A stretch of DNA of 40,493 bases. Origin: Proteromonas lacertae. Lineage: Eukaryota. Both the position numbers and the translations under genes were made by a program. Positions 1 to 12,735 of this stretch are shown piece after piece. The notes under the pieces were generated by a model. The model ran no database searches. It was not told where the DNA came from and saw only the letters and a list, made by a program, of their open reading frames with translations. Where the stretch lies: NCBI GenBank assembly GCA_002245135.1, contig NGBS01000343.1:1-40493 (forward strand). The letters run 5' to 3'. Every line of letters starts with the position of its first letter. Positions within the stretch are counted from its first letter, which is position 1.

Positions 1-2110
1 AACAGCATCTTCAATTATATATGATTCTCTTGGAGATACTGATCTCTTCTTTATAAACGATGTAGAACCTGAACTTAACAAACTACTTAAAAATACTCCT
101 GTTATATCAATTACACTTCTAAATGGATCACGAATTTGATGTAAAGCTAAAACTATTATACTCTCTACAAACTCAGGATATAACATTGATAAAATAATTT
201 CACCTTTCATTGGTAGTGTATGTTGAACTTCTAACCATATATGATTATGATCTTCTAGTTTATAACTATCATTGATTAAATGATTATCATTTCCAATTTT
301 TCCCAACTCTCCTTTTCTAATACTCTTATATCAATTTCTTTTTTATATGTTGAGTATTGATTCCATAAAAGTAATAGAGAATCGTGATATTTATATTGTA
401 CTTCTTTACAATAATATTTGGGATGATGTTTATCTGTAATGATAGAATCTGTTTTGATGTAAAAGGAATTATTGATTCTTTCATTTCTTGGGCTATTCAT
501 ATAATACAAAATATATAATAATAATAATAATAATATACAAAATAAAGTTCCAACAGATATGTTTGGTTCAATCATTTCTAATGTCTTTAAAAATATCAAC
601 AATAATTTGGTTGGTTCAATTGTATCACTATAAACATATTAATATTTATTTATTATTATATATACAATTCATGTGATTTAGTTTCTCTACAATCTTTCTT
701 ATTAATTCCAACGTTATATAATAACAATTCAAATAGTGCAGTTTCAGATATTTTACTTATTAATCTCAAATGTTTAATAATAAACCAATATTCATTAATA
801 CATAATGAATTATCTCTTAAAAATGAAGTAAATAGATTTAAAACTGTAAAGCTTCTCTCACATAATATTGACTTTGGTATATCCAATCCATACATTGATG
901 CATCAAATTCATTTAATATATCAGAAGAAAACGGATATTTTTTTTGAAACTTCTATTGATTTTTTCCAACATTCTCCAAATAGACATTCACTTATTTTAT
1001 TTGAATCATTCACATTATTCTGTATTAAATCCATCATTGAAGATATATAGGGGATAGTTTGATTCAAAGCTTGAGTAGTTTCATTATGTTCTTTAGAAAG
1101 ATTTTCATCTGAATATGTTGTTATTTTACTATTTATAATAATAATATTGTAATAATAACATACTCTACTTTCTGTAATTGTTTGAAATGTGACTGTACTG
1201 TTCGATATGGAGCTAATGAAGAAGGTAAATATGGTTTTGATAAAAACAATGATGATAATAAAGTATACTATTACATTATATATATATATTACATACATTA
1301 AATGCAATATTACTATTATTCACATCTTCCCAAACACTATCAGTATCTATTTAATAATATAATAATAATTACAATAATAAAAATAAAAATATACTCTTTT
1401 CATGAACTAAAGTTTTATTTAATAAATACTTATAACCATCAGAAGTATCTACTGATTCTGTGTGCATTAATATTGAAGCTAATAACTTTAAATAATCTCT
1501 TTCATCAGCTAATTCACTTAAATCATTCAATTCTCCTCCAGTTAAATACTTATACCAATTGCATAATAATTCATTTATATATAAGAATCAGAATTTGGCT
1601 ATTCATATATATATAAATATATATACATAATTAGATGGCTTAATTGGATTTATATTACCATAATGTCTTGATAATATTGGTGTAACTGTTATTAATGCAT
1701 GACGAGTATGTCTCAATGAATATAAAAAACTACCCGTTACACCATAGATTGATTTATCATCACAATAAAAACTGATTTGGTCTAATATCAATCTTACTAG
1801 ATACTCTTTCATATTCATAATCAATTAATTGTTTTTGTTTAAATAATCTTCTAAGTCCTCTTTCAATTCAATCAATTTACTTTTTGTTAATTCGATATTA
1901 TTAATAGTGTCATCTTTATATTTAACTAATGCTTCATAATTGTATTGACTTGCTTTTGATTTCTTTGTGATTATAATCTCCTTCCATGCTTTAAATACTC
2001 TTAAAATAATCTGTTTTGGATCACGAATTGCCTTGAAAATAATATTTGGTAAATGATTCTTCAGTTGTTTATTATGTTGAATTATTCCTTTCCATTCGTT
2101 GAATGCTTGT
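1..2110. repeat. Copy 1 of a near-identical direct repeat (partner 9489-11605); runs off the left edge of the window
   Basis: Position 1 'aacagcatcttcaattatat' matches 9489. Identity continues to 'gaatgcttgt' (2101-2110 = 11596-11605). The differences I could see are mainly 1-nt or short indels in homopolymers and (TA)n. Confidence 0.97.
1..2110 (-). pseudogene. 5'-truncated duplicate of the multi-exon gene at 9378-12652
   Basis: It encodes the same peptides (QAFNEWKGIIQ, DKHHPKYYCKEV) but lacks the 5' exons and start. Similarity stops at ~2110. Confidence 0.8.
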
Positions 2111-2371
2111 ATCATAATCATGATCTTTTTTATCACACCCGTGGTTCCTATATGCAGCTAAAGCACTTCCTTCACCAAAAAAAATAAGTTACATTTATTG
2201 TTCTAAGAAAATGAAGCACATCATTACATTCGCTTTTTCTATTATAGTCATATTTCATTGTTGGGTAGTTTATATCCCAATTACATCTATTCTGTGTTGT
2301 AGCTGTATATAACGTATGATAGAAATTGAGAATAGTGATAAAAATAATATGAAGTAGGTAAAAGATTTCAT
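2111..2371 (-). pseudogene. N-terminal fragment of a LicD/fukutin-family phosphotransferase, frameshifted and truncated at the repeat junction
   Basis: The minus strand from ATG 2371 gives a signal-anchor-like MKSFTYFILFLSLFSISII. After small frame corrections it reads INVTYFFGEGSALAAYRNHGCDKKDHDYD, resembling the LicD motif YxLxxGTLLGAxRxxGxIPWDxDxD. The ORF track misses it. Confidence 0.65.
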
Positions 2372-2420
2372 TATTTCAACAATATAATTCACAAAAACAT
2401 TTGATTTAATCATAAACATA

Positions 2421-3358
2421 ATGAATTATATTATATTATAGTAATTATTTATTAATTATATTGGTCAAATACATTAGAGAGAAAGTATTAAATATAGAAA
2501 ATAATATATATAATAGTAAAAAGAAATCAATAGCAATTATACTTACTGTGTGGAAGAGAAATAATTTGTTAATGCAACTCAATATAATAAAACATCAAAC
2601 TATTATGAGGAGTATGAATGTAACTATTATTGTTTATCAAATTCTAATCATTTAAGTATTAATCAAATAATAGTTGAGTGGAATAGAAAAAATAAAAACT
2701 TGCATATTAATCTTATCAATACTATATTTGAAACAGGTTATTATGGGAGATTTTAGTTCCTTTAACATGTGACAGTTCCATTTCTTATTTTATTATATGT
2801 GATGATGATATTATTTTTGGTTCTAAATATTTCGAAAATATGATAAGAGTAGTAAATGATGGATATCTTGCTACTAGAAATGGTAGATACATCACTAAAA
2901 ATTATGAGGAATTATCTACAGACAAATTTATTAGAGGATTTGTTACATGGGAAGAGGATTTAGAATATGATTTTGGAGGTCATATATGGGCAGGAAAAAT
3001 AGAATGGTTAAGATTAGCTTGGCAACATCCTTCACCAACATTAATAAATTGTGAAGATTTATGGATTAGTGTTGTTTTGAGAAAATATTATAAAATTAAA
3101 ACTAAAGTACCTTAAATGCCCTTTCCTAAATCTACAAATGAAAAACCTTCATTGTGTGCATGTAGCGATATATCTGCAGCTTATCATAAAATATCAATTA
3201 TAGGCAATTCAACAGTCATAACAAATAGTAGATCAACTGCTATAAAACAAATAAAGAATTTCTATAATTTTAAAGGCATTATTGAAACAAATCAAAATTT
3301 ATACATCAAAGTAAAAAATCAAAATTTCGTCACAATAATAAGATTTCAATTTAAGTAA
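2421..3358 (+). pseudogene. GT-A fold glycosyltransferase, broken by frameshifts and an in-frame TAA (3113-3115)
   Basis: Joined frames give SIAIILTVWKRNNL...GYYGRF...YFIICDDDIIFGSKYFENMIR...YDFGGHIW...CEDLWISVVLRK. This shows an N-terminal beta strand, a DxD motif and a late ED motif. No introns evident. Confidence 0.7.
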
Positions 3359-3399
3359 TGATATTATGAATAAACGATGTCTATTTTTTATATAATTAA

Positions 3400-4495
3400 A
3401 TGTATATAAAATCATTACAATCATTAAGAGGTTTTTCAATTTTTATTATTATAGTATATCATTATTATAACAGAATATTTAGAGGTGGATATTTAGGTGT
3501 TACTTTGTTTTTAGAGATATCAGGAGTTGTTAATAATATAGTTGGAAAAGAATTTTGTATAATTAATTTCTATTTAAAAGAATTAATTCTATTTATCCTT
3601 CATTACTATAGTAATTGCTATATTGAATTTCATTATAAAGGATATCTCATACAATGAATTAATTAACTATTACAAAGAGTGTAAATATTCATTAATTGGT
3701 TATTTAAATTATCATTTTTATAAAAATAGTTTAGACTATTTTAATCAGTATAATTCTGCGTCTTATATTCTTAATATGTGGTATATATCCTTGCAAATGC
3801 AATTATATATATCTTCCCTCTGTTGAAGTTTTTATCAACAAGATATATTATTTTGATAATTGTTTTTAGTTATGTTATTTTTAGTTATAATAGTCTACAC
3901 AACATAAATAGATCATATTATATGATAGAATGCAGAATATATGAATTTTCTTTAGGATTTATTATAATGAATAGAAGGATAGGAATAACAAAATATAATT
4001 ATGTATTTATCTACTTTATCATTTTCTTTTTATTATGTTTATCTATTATAGTGATTATTCTTATTCATATGTTGTTATTTCAATAACTTCTGTGTTTGGA
4101 TTTGTCTTATTAGAGTTATTGATAAATAAATCATCTATATTTGATAAATCATTAGTGTTAAATTCACTTGGAAAGTATTCCTATCAGTTATATTTAATTC
4201 ATTATCCATTTATGTATATATTTCCACACAATATATTACTTAGAATTTTATGCTTGTATTTATTATCAATCTCTATACATTATACAGCACATTATATATC
4301 GAAGAGTTTTAGTATTTTAAATCTTACAATTATAATTATGATAAGTATTTATTCTTTTTATAAACTATATTCCCATAAAATTAATTTAACCATAAAAAAG
4401 AAAGCGGAATTACATTTTCTTCCACATAAAGATCCAATCTATGAATACTATAAAGTATTTAGTTTGTTTAAATTACAAAAGTCATATAAGAAAAG
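3400..4495 (+). pseudogene. Acyltransferase-3 (OafA/OatA/YrhL-like) membrane O-acyltransferase, frameshifted and 3'-truncated
   Basis: Family motifs occur in order across frames: LQSLRGFSIFIIIVYH, GGYLGVTLFLEISG, LNMWYISLQMQLYI, YYMIECRIYEFSLG, LGKYSYQLYLIHYP. The 3' end coordinate is approximate. Confidence 0.85.
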
Positions 4496-7400
4496 GAGCT
4501 GTTGATTCTCCACGTAGTTTGTTAGTATCATTTGAACCTCCATCTGTTTATAGTGGATTGCCAATATTAGGTTATAAATTGAAATACGATACAACTCCTC
4601 TTTATACAAGTGATAATACTAATACAGTCGACTATAATGATGTTAATTTCTTGTACTATGATCAAACAATAGAAATAAGTGTAAATCAGGATATGAGTAA
4701 TTTATTATATGATGCTATTGATATTAATAACAATAATGATGAAATTACATTGTGTTTATTAAAGGAACAAACATATCAATTAGTGTATGATGAATATATC
4801 TCAGATCCAATATCATTAGGAAGTGAAATTAGAGAAATGAGAAGTGTTATTGAATCAATACCAGTAATAAAAGCAGTTTCAATAACTAGAATACCATATT
4901 AGATTAGTATTGGAGAAGTTGAATTTGAAGAAAGAAGTATAAGAAGCACTAGTAGTAGCAATAATGGTGAAATCGTGTTTAATATAAGAACTCCAATTGA
5001 TATTTATATAAATGGTAGAAAGTATTGCTTATTAGGTAAGTATTATGAGAATATTACAGATTGCTATAATCAAGGATATCCAACAGAAGGAAAACAGAAT
5101 GTTCAAGTAGTACAATCTTATACATACAATATACACTTGGAGAATGTAGCAAAATATAGCACATTTGAAATACGACATAATAGTGAACCTAAATGTTCAA
5201 TTCATGTAACAAGTGAAAAATGTAATGGATGTATAATTATTAGTAATGTAATTACTGGATATGATCATTATTTAAGTCTTTCTGCATATAATGAGTTAGG
5301 AGAAAGTGAATATGTTTCAGTTAATGAACCAATCATACCATGTGAAGTATCAGGTGCTCCAGTTGATGTTAACTTTGTTATAGTAAACAGTACATCATTA
5401 GAATTGAGATGGAAAGAACCAATTTATACAGGTGGAAAACCAATATTATATTATGTAGTAGAAATATCATCAGTATCTGATTTTAAAGTGATTGAAGAAC
5501 AACATACAGTTTATCCATTACAAGGATATAGATATATATTCAGTGATTTAGCTCCAAGTACAAGTTATTATGGAAGAGTATTAGCAGCAAATGAAGTAGA
5601 ATTTGATAATAATGAACATTGGGGTTATACATTAGATTTAGTCAAAACACAAGATGTTGTACCAGAAGTAGTAAATGGAGCTTCAATCTCATTCTTAAAT
5701 CCAAACACGATAAGATTATTAATACAAGAACCATTATCAAATGGTGGAAAATCAGTAGAATCTTATGTTATACAATATGGATTATCAATTGATAATTTGA
5801 ATAACAGTTATGAATATGATGTAAGAAGTGATGATGTAGAAAGAGTTCCAAATATTGAAACACCAAGTGTAGATGAATATATTATAGATATAAGTAGTTT
5901 AGAGGAAGGAAAGACATATTATTTCAAAGTAGCAGCAAAGAATGAAATAGGTGAAAGTGAATATATAACTACAACTCCTAGTTATTTAAAACTACCAAAG
6001 ATATTAGATTATCAATATGATATTACAGTAAAATCAAAATCAGTATCAAATAGTGATATTGAAAGTTTTATAACAATATACAATCCAAATAAAAATAATG
6101 AAATTGATCATTTGAAGTTAATAATGTATGAAAGAGATCAACCATCATTTACAATTGATGAATTATACTTTGAGAATAAGAGCAGATTGGCTTTATCAGA
6201 GAGTTATACATTAACATATTATCTGAATGAAGTATATAATGTAACATTTAAATATGATACAAAACCATTTGAAATAAGAAAGATGCTATTGGAGAATATG
6301 CCAGAATTAGAAAATGTTGAAGTTGTAAAGAAATTCACATTAAATTCAATAACATTAACAATAACATATAGAACTCATTTATGTATGAGATTATTGACAG
6401 TAATACCACCAACAGATGATTCTTATATAATTAACTACAGAAGAATACAGAATGGTATTGATTCAAATGGTCAAAATGAAAGACAAGTTTTGTATGTGAA
6501 TAAATATATGAATAGTAATACATTTAGACCATACTTATTAAGAGATAATAATGAAAAGATTTACAGTTCATATATACCAATAAATAAAGATTGTAATAAA
6601 ATGATTAAAGATATTGAATGGAGTTATAACTTATTACCAAATATTGGAAGAGTGAAAGTTGTTAAAACAACACAAATGAATGATAGTTGCAAATATTTAA
6701 TAGATTTTATATCATCTTTTGATGATGTTGAAAAAGTGTATATTGAATATCATATAATAGATAATGAAGATGTTGATGGATTTACTTGTGATGGAAGATA
6801 TGATGATAATGGAGAAGAATACAAGAAAGAATGTATTGAATCATTACCAGGTACATTACCACCAGGTTATAGAGAATTTGAAATTCCTTCAACAAATGTT
6901 AATGGTTTTTATGAAATATTTAATATTATGCCAAGTCAAGTGAAGTATAATATTCATATTGTTGAGTATTATAAAGATGTTTATCCACCATCCAAATTAT
7001 CAATACCTCCAGGAATTGGTTATTATTCAACAAAGAATCCATTATCACCAGTGAATGTTACATTAACACCATCAAATAAAGAAAATGCAATAGAATTATC
7101 ATATGAAGAATCAGGTGTGAATGGAGGTTATACAGTTCAATCATATTCAATACAAATTAGTAAAGATCCCGACTTTAAGACAATTGAAACAGATTATGAT
7201 ATAAGTATTGATGATAGAATAATAGATTCAAATACAGTGATAAGATGTAGTAATTATCCACAATACTCTATTTGGTCATTACAACTGCAATCCGATAATA
7301 ATACAGATACATTTATATTAGATATAAAGACAAGCCAGTTTGAAGTAACAACAAAGCCATTATTGTTCTCAAAAGTAGTTGGAAATATAAAAGATGAAAA

Positions 7401-9300
7401 ATTAGATAATATATACGATGAAAAGGGTAATGGATCATTAGAATCTGCATTAGAATCATTAAGTTTCATTAATAATGTTTCTGTTACTCAATATTCTATC
7501 TTAGAAGGAAATATATTCTATATTACTTTCTTAGATTTATCATTAGATATTGAATCAATCAATGTAGTAGCAAGTGGTGAAAAGACAACTGTAACAAGTG
7601 TAAAAGAGCTTACTAAAAAGATCATACCACCAAGTAGATGTTTTGGTTCAAAAATAGAAATAGTAAACTTGAAATCATTAGATTATTATTATGTGAGAGT
7701 TAGAAGTGATACAACAATAGGTCATAGTGAATATGAAAGATGTAAAGAACCATTTAAACCTACAATATATCCACAGACAGTAAATAGTTTTACAGTTACA
7801 CCTTTATCAGCAAGTGAAATCTTAGTTGCATTTATTCCTGATTTATCAGCTGATTATTATATTATTGAATGTGATAGATCTGTTGAATTTAACTCTAATC
7901 CAAAAGGAACAGTTATTGATAATAGAATATTGTATAGTGAAATAGTAAAGAGAGTAGATATTAATAGTAATTCAAGATTATTGCAAGACTCATCATTATC
8001 AATAGAGATTAGTGGTTTAATAGAATGTGAAACATATTATGTTCGATTAACAAGTGTGAATAATATCGGTGGTTGGAGTGTACCATCAACTTCAAAAGAT
8101 ATTTCAGTATATGGATTACCAAGTAAACCTGAATCAATAGAAGTTGGAATTACTAGTTCAAATTCACTTACAATATCCATACCATTACCATTGAGAAATG
8201 AAAGAATTGATGAATATGTGATAGAAATATCAACAGATGAAGAATTTACATCACCAATGAGATATTCTTATAAAATAGCTATCACATCATCAATAACAAT
8301 TACAAAACTGAAAGAAAGTGAAGAATATTATATTAGAGCATGTGCAAAGAATGATTTAGGTGAAAGTGAATATTATGTTAGTGATAATGGTTATAGAACA
8401 AGATTAGTTCCACCAGGTAAACCATTAATATCTGAAATATCTTTATCAAGAAATACATTAAGAATGTCAATAAAACCACCAGTTATACCTTATCATGGAA
8501 TATGGTGTAGTGGTAAGAGTAATGCTGAAAATTGTCCAATAGAATCTAGTTTTACGAATGGAATAGCTGATGGTGGTAGTGTTATATTATCATATATAGT
8601 TGAATATTCAATATCTCCTGATTTTATTAATCCAAATATTACTAGATTTATACCTGTAGATAAAAGTACGATGAAAGTAACAGGTATATTTGATTTACCA
8701 TATGATGGAATATGGTATATTCGTGTGTATTGTGAGAATTTATATGGAAGTTACAAATCATGTAATAGAATGTGTGATGCAAAGAATGAATGTAATGGTA
8801 AAGAATTAGTTGTTACTGTTTCTAATACAAATGATCATTTACTACCACCATCAACTCCTGATGTTGAAGATGAACCAACTGAAGAACCAACAACTCCTTT
8901 ACCTCCTTATCCAACTACAATTCCTCCAACAACAGAAATTCCTACTACTGAACCAACAGAAACAGTTGAAACAGAAAGAACAGAAGAAATTGATCATACA
9001 GAAATAGCAACAAATGAAGAAGGAATCACAACAGAAGAAGAATCAATAACAAAAGAGCAGATAATTACAGATGAAGAGAATGATCATACTACTGAAAAGG
9101 AAGATACTAAAACAACACCTACAGCAACTACAACTACAACAAAAGAAGAAATATTAACAGATGAAGAAGATGATGTATTAACAGAAAAAGAGAAATTGAC
9201 TGATGAAGATGAAGAGAATGATTATACATCATCAGATGATGATAAAACTGAAACAAATAAAAAGAAGAAATTAGGAAAAGATGAAGAATTTTTATTCTAA
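4496..9300 (+). CDS. Large fibronectin type III repeat surface/secreted-type protein with a Pro/Thr/Glu-rich tail; 5'-truncated copy with an in-frame TAG at 4900-4902
   Basis: Repeated FN3 signatures: SLELRWKEPIYTGGKPILYYVVE, LAPSTSYYGRVLAAN, LEEGKTYYFKVAAKNEIGES, LKESEEYYIRACAKNDLGES. ORFs 4441-4902 and 4975-9300 share a frame. It begins mid-domain (VDSPRSLLVSFEPP) with no signal peptide. Confidence 0.85.
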
Positions 9301-9377
9301 ATATTATATTATTATATTATATTGTTTTTTTTTTTTTTTCAAAATAAATAAATATAATATAACTAATAAATAAAGAA

Positions 9378-12300
9378 TTAGAAATCAGGTTGTATTAATT
9401 GACTCTCATTATGAACAATCATTTTACTCATTCTTCTTCCATCAGTTTCATCCAATGATTTTATTGAAATTGTACTACCTTCTTCTACAACAGCATCTTC
9501 AATTATATATGATTCTCTTGGAGATACTGATCTCTTCTTTATAAACGATGTAGAACCTGAACTTAACAAACTACTTAAAAATACTCCTGTTATATCAATT
9601 ACACTTCTAAATGGATCACGAATTTGATGTAAAGCTAAAACTATTATACTCTCTACAAACTCAGGATATAACATTGATAAAATAATTTCACCTTTCATTG
9701 GTAGTGTATGTTGAACTTCTAACCATATATGATTATGATCTTCTAGTTTATAACTATCATTGATTAAATGATTATCATTTCCCAATTTTTCCCAACTCTC
9801 CTTTTCTAATACTCTTATATCAATTTCTTTTTTATATGTTGAGTATTGATTCCATAAAAGTAATAGAGAATCGTGATATTTATATTGTACTTCTTTACAA
9901 TAATATTTGGGATGATGTTTATCTTGTAATGATAGAATCTGTTTTGATGTAAAAGGAATTATTGATTCTTTCATTTCTTGGGCTATTCATATAATACAAA
10001 ATATATAATAATAATAATAATAATATACAAAATAAAGTTCCAACAGATATGTTTGGTTCAATCATTTCTAATGTCTTTAAAAATATCAACAATAATTTGG
10101 TTGGTTCAATTGTATCACTATAAACATATTAATATTTATTTATTATTATATATACAATTCATGTGATTTAGTTTCTCTACAATCTTTCTTATTAATTCCA
10201 ACGTTATATAATAACAATTCAAATAGTGCAGTTTCAGATATTTTACTTATTAATCTCAAATGTTTAATAATAAACCAATATTCATTAATACATAATGAAT
10301 TATCTCTTAAAAATGAAGTAAATAGATTTAAAACTGTAAAGCTTCTCTCACATAATATTGACTTTGGTATATCCAATCCATACATTGATGCATCAAATTC
10401 ATTTAATATATCAGAAGAAAACGGATATTTTTTTGAAACTTCTATTGATTTTTTCCAACATTCTCCAAATAGACATTCACTTATTTTATTTGAATCATTC
10501 ACATTATTCTGTATTAAATCCATCATTGAAGATATATAGGGGATAGTTTGATTCAAAGCTTGAGTAGTTTCATTATGTTCTTTAGAAAGATTTTCATCTG
10601 AATATGTTGTTATTTTACTATTTATAATAATAATATTGTAATAATAACATACTCTACTTTCTGTAATTGTTTGAAATGTGACTGTACTGTTCGATATGGA
10701 GCTAATGAAGAAGGTAAATATGGTTTTGATAAAAACAATGATGATAATAAAGTATACTATTACATTATATATATATATTTACATACATTAAATGCAATAT
10801 TACTATTATTCACATCTTCCCAAACACTATCAGTATCTATTTAATAATATAATAATAATTACAATAATAAAAATAAAAATATACTCTTTTCATGAACTAA
10901 AGTTTTATTTAATAAATACTTATAACCATCAGAAGTATCTACTGATTCTGTGTGCATTAATATTGAAGCTAATAACTTTAAATAATCTCTTTCATCAGCT
11001 AATTCACTTAAATCATTCAATTCTCCTCCAGTTAAATACTTATACCAATTGCATAATAATTCATTTATATTATAAGAATCAGAATTTGGCTATTCATATA
11101 TATATATATAAATATATATACATAATTAGATGGCTTAATTGGATTTATATTACCATAATGTCTTGATAATATTGGTGTAACTGTTATTAATGCATGACGA
11201 GTATGTCTCAATGAATATAAAAAACTACCCGTTACACCATAGATTGATTTATCATCACAATAAAACTGATTTGGTCTAATATCAATCTTACTAGATACTC
11301 TTTCATATTCATAATCAATTAATTGTTTTTGTTTTAAATAATCTTCTAAGTCCTCTTTCAATTCAATCAATTTACTTTTTGTTAATTCGATATTATTAAT
11401 AGTGTCATCTTTATATTTAACTAATGCTTCATAATTGTATTGACTTGCTTTTGATTTCTTTGTGATTATAATCTCCTTCCATGCTTTAAATACTCTTAAA
11501 ATAATCTGTTTTGGATCACGAAATTGCCTTGAAAATAATATTTGTAAATGATTCTTCAGTTGTTTATTATGTTGAATTATTCCTTTCCATTCGTTGAATG
11601 CTTGTCTCATTATCTTCTTATGAGCTTGTCGAACTATTCAAAATGAAAATAAAATTGTAAATACCTTGTATATTATCACCTCCACCTTCATCTTTCAATG
11701 TATTTAAATGTTTTAAAAATAAATTTCTGCATCTATCTCTATCAGCAGCTATTAAATGATTTTCACTTTCACTTTCTCTATATCTAATCACATATGGATA
11801 ACCATCAAAATATCTTAATGGTTCATTCGTACTAGTTAAATTACCGTCATAATTAACATAGCAACTTCTACCTATTTCACATAACAGTGTGTTTAGTATA
11901 TCACTATAAGGATCCATTCTTGGCAAGAGTAATTCAAAGATAACGAATGATAGACTGAGCAAATATTTATTTGGCTCATATAAATCTTTACATAAATGAC
12001 GAGATTCCTATACTCATGATTATTATTATATGTAATTATATATATATTTATATACTTTGAAGAAAAAAGCATATTGTAAAACTAATGATTCAAAGGTCTC
12101 TTTTGGAGCTGGACAGAGTAAAGGATAGTATTTTATTAATTGATCTTGTAGTTCTAACTCTAATGCTTTTAATGAAAGTTCATCATAGATTGAACCACAA
12201 TCTTCTTTGGTTAATTTTACTATTCCTCTTATTATACTGTAAGCTATTTATATTAATAATATTATTTAATTAAAAATACGTTTAATTTGTTGTGGTATAT

Positions 12301-12652
12301 ATGAAGCAATAGTTCTTCTTGGTGAATATTGAAGTAAATTTGGATTGAGAATTGCTTCTTTATGATTGCACATTTCTAACATATTATTTGTTATATCTTC
12401 TTTTGGAGTAGGTGATAGAAATGGTGTTAGTCTTTCAAAAGAATATTTATTATTAAGATTTTGAGGCTTTGGCTTATTGGGAGGTTTTGGGGAGTGTTTT
12501 GACTTTGAATCTGAATAGACATGAATTCTTGCTGATTTGATTGTTGTTTGATGTGATGGATCTGAGGATTTTCTAATAGTTAATATTGGTAAAGGTGATC
12601 TATTAGAACGAGAACTTATAGCTCTATTTTCCCAATGTGGATTGATATTCAT
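9378..12652 (-). CDS. Multi-exon protein of unknown function; weak resemblance to TSNAXIP1 N-terminal and SFI1-like repeats
   Basis: ORF pieces 12266-12652, 11618-11962, 11065-11610, 10146-10556 and 9378-9974 join through short GT..AG introns (e.g. gtatttacaattttattttcattttgaatag). Repeats QAFNEWK and RVFKAWK. A few 1-nt indels need correcting. Confidence 0.7.
9489..11605. repeat. Copy 2 of the direct repeat (partner 1-2110)
   Basis: Direct sequence comparison with 1-2110. Confidence 0.97.
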
Positions 12653-12699
12653 TAAAAAGAAGAAAATAAAAAACAGTTATTTGTAAATCAAACTTAGAA

Positions 12700-12708
12700 T
12701 CAAGCTTT
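12700..12708 (+). promoter_or_regulatory. Candidate core-promoter/initiator motif TCAAGCTTT upstream of uL13
   Basis: The same motif lies in sense orientation shortly upstream of the ATG of several host genes (see findings). Confidence 0.35.
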
Positions 12709-12735
12709 ATTGAAAGACATTTTTGTCTTTTTCTC

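Noticed and set aside
488..1616. Short + strand ORFs here and similar ones elsewhere (e.g. 7254-7469, 24714-25214, 31072-31407, 34800-35003)
   Set aside because: Antisense or off-frame shadows of real genes with low-complexity translations.
4900..4902. In-frame TAG (and TAA at 3113-3115) as a sign of stop-codon reassignment
   Set aside because: TAG and TAA end conserved genes here at the expected positions (URB2 with TAG, PNKP with TAA). Both internal stops lie in rearranged, error-rich DNA.
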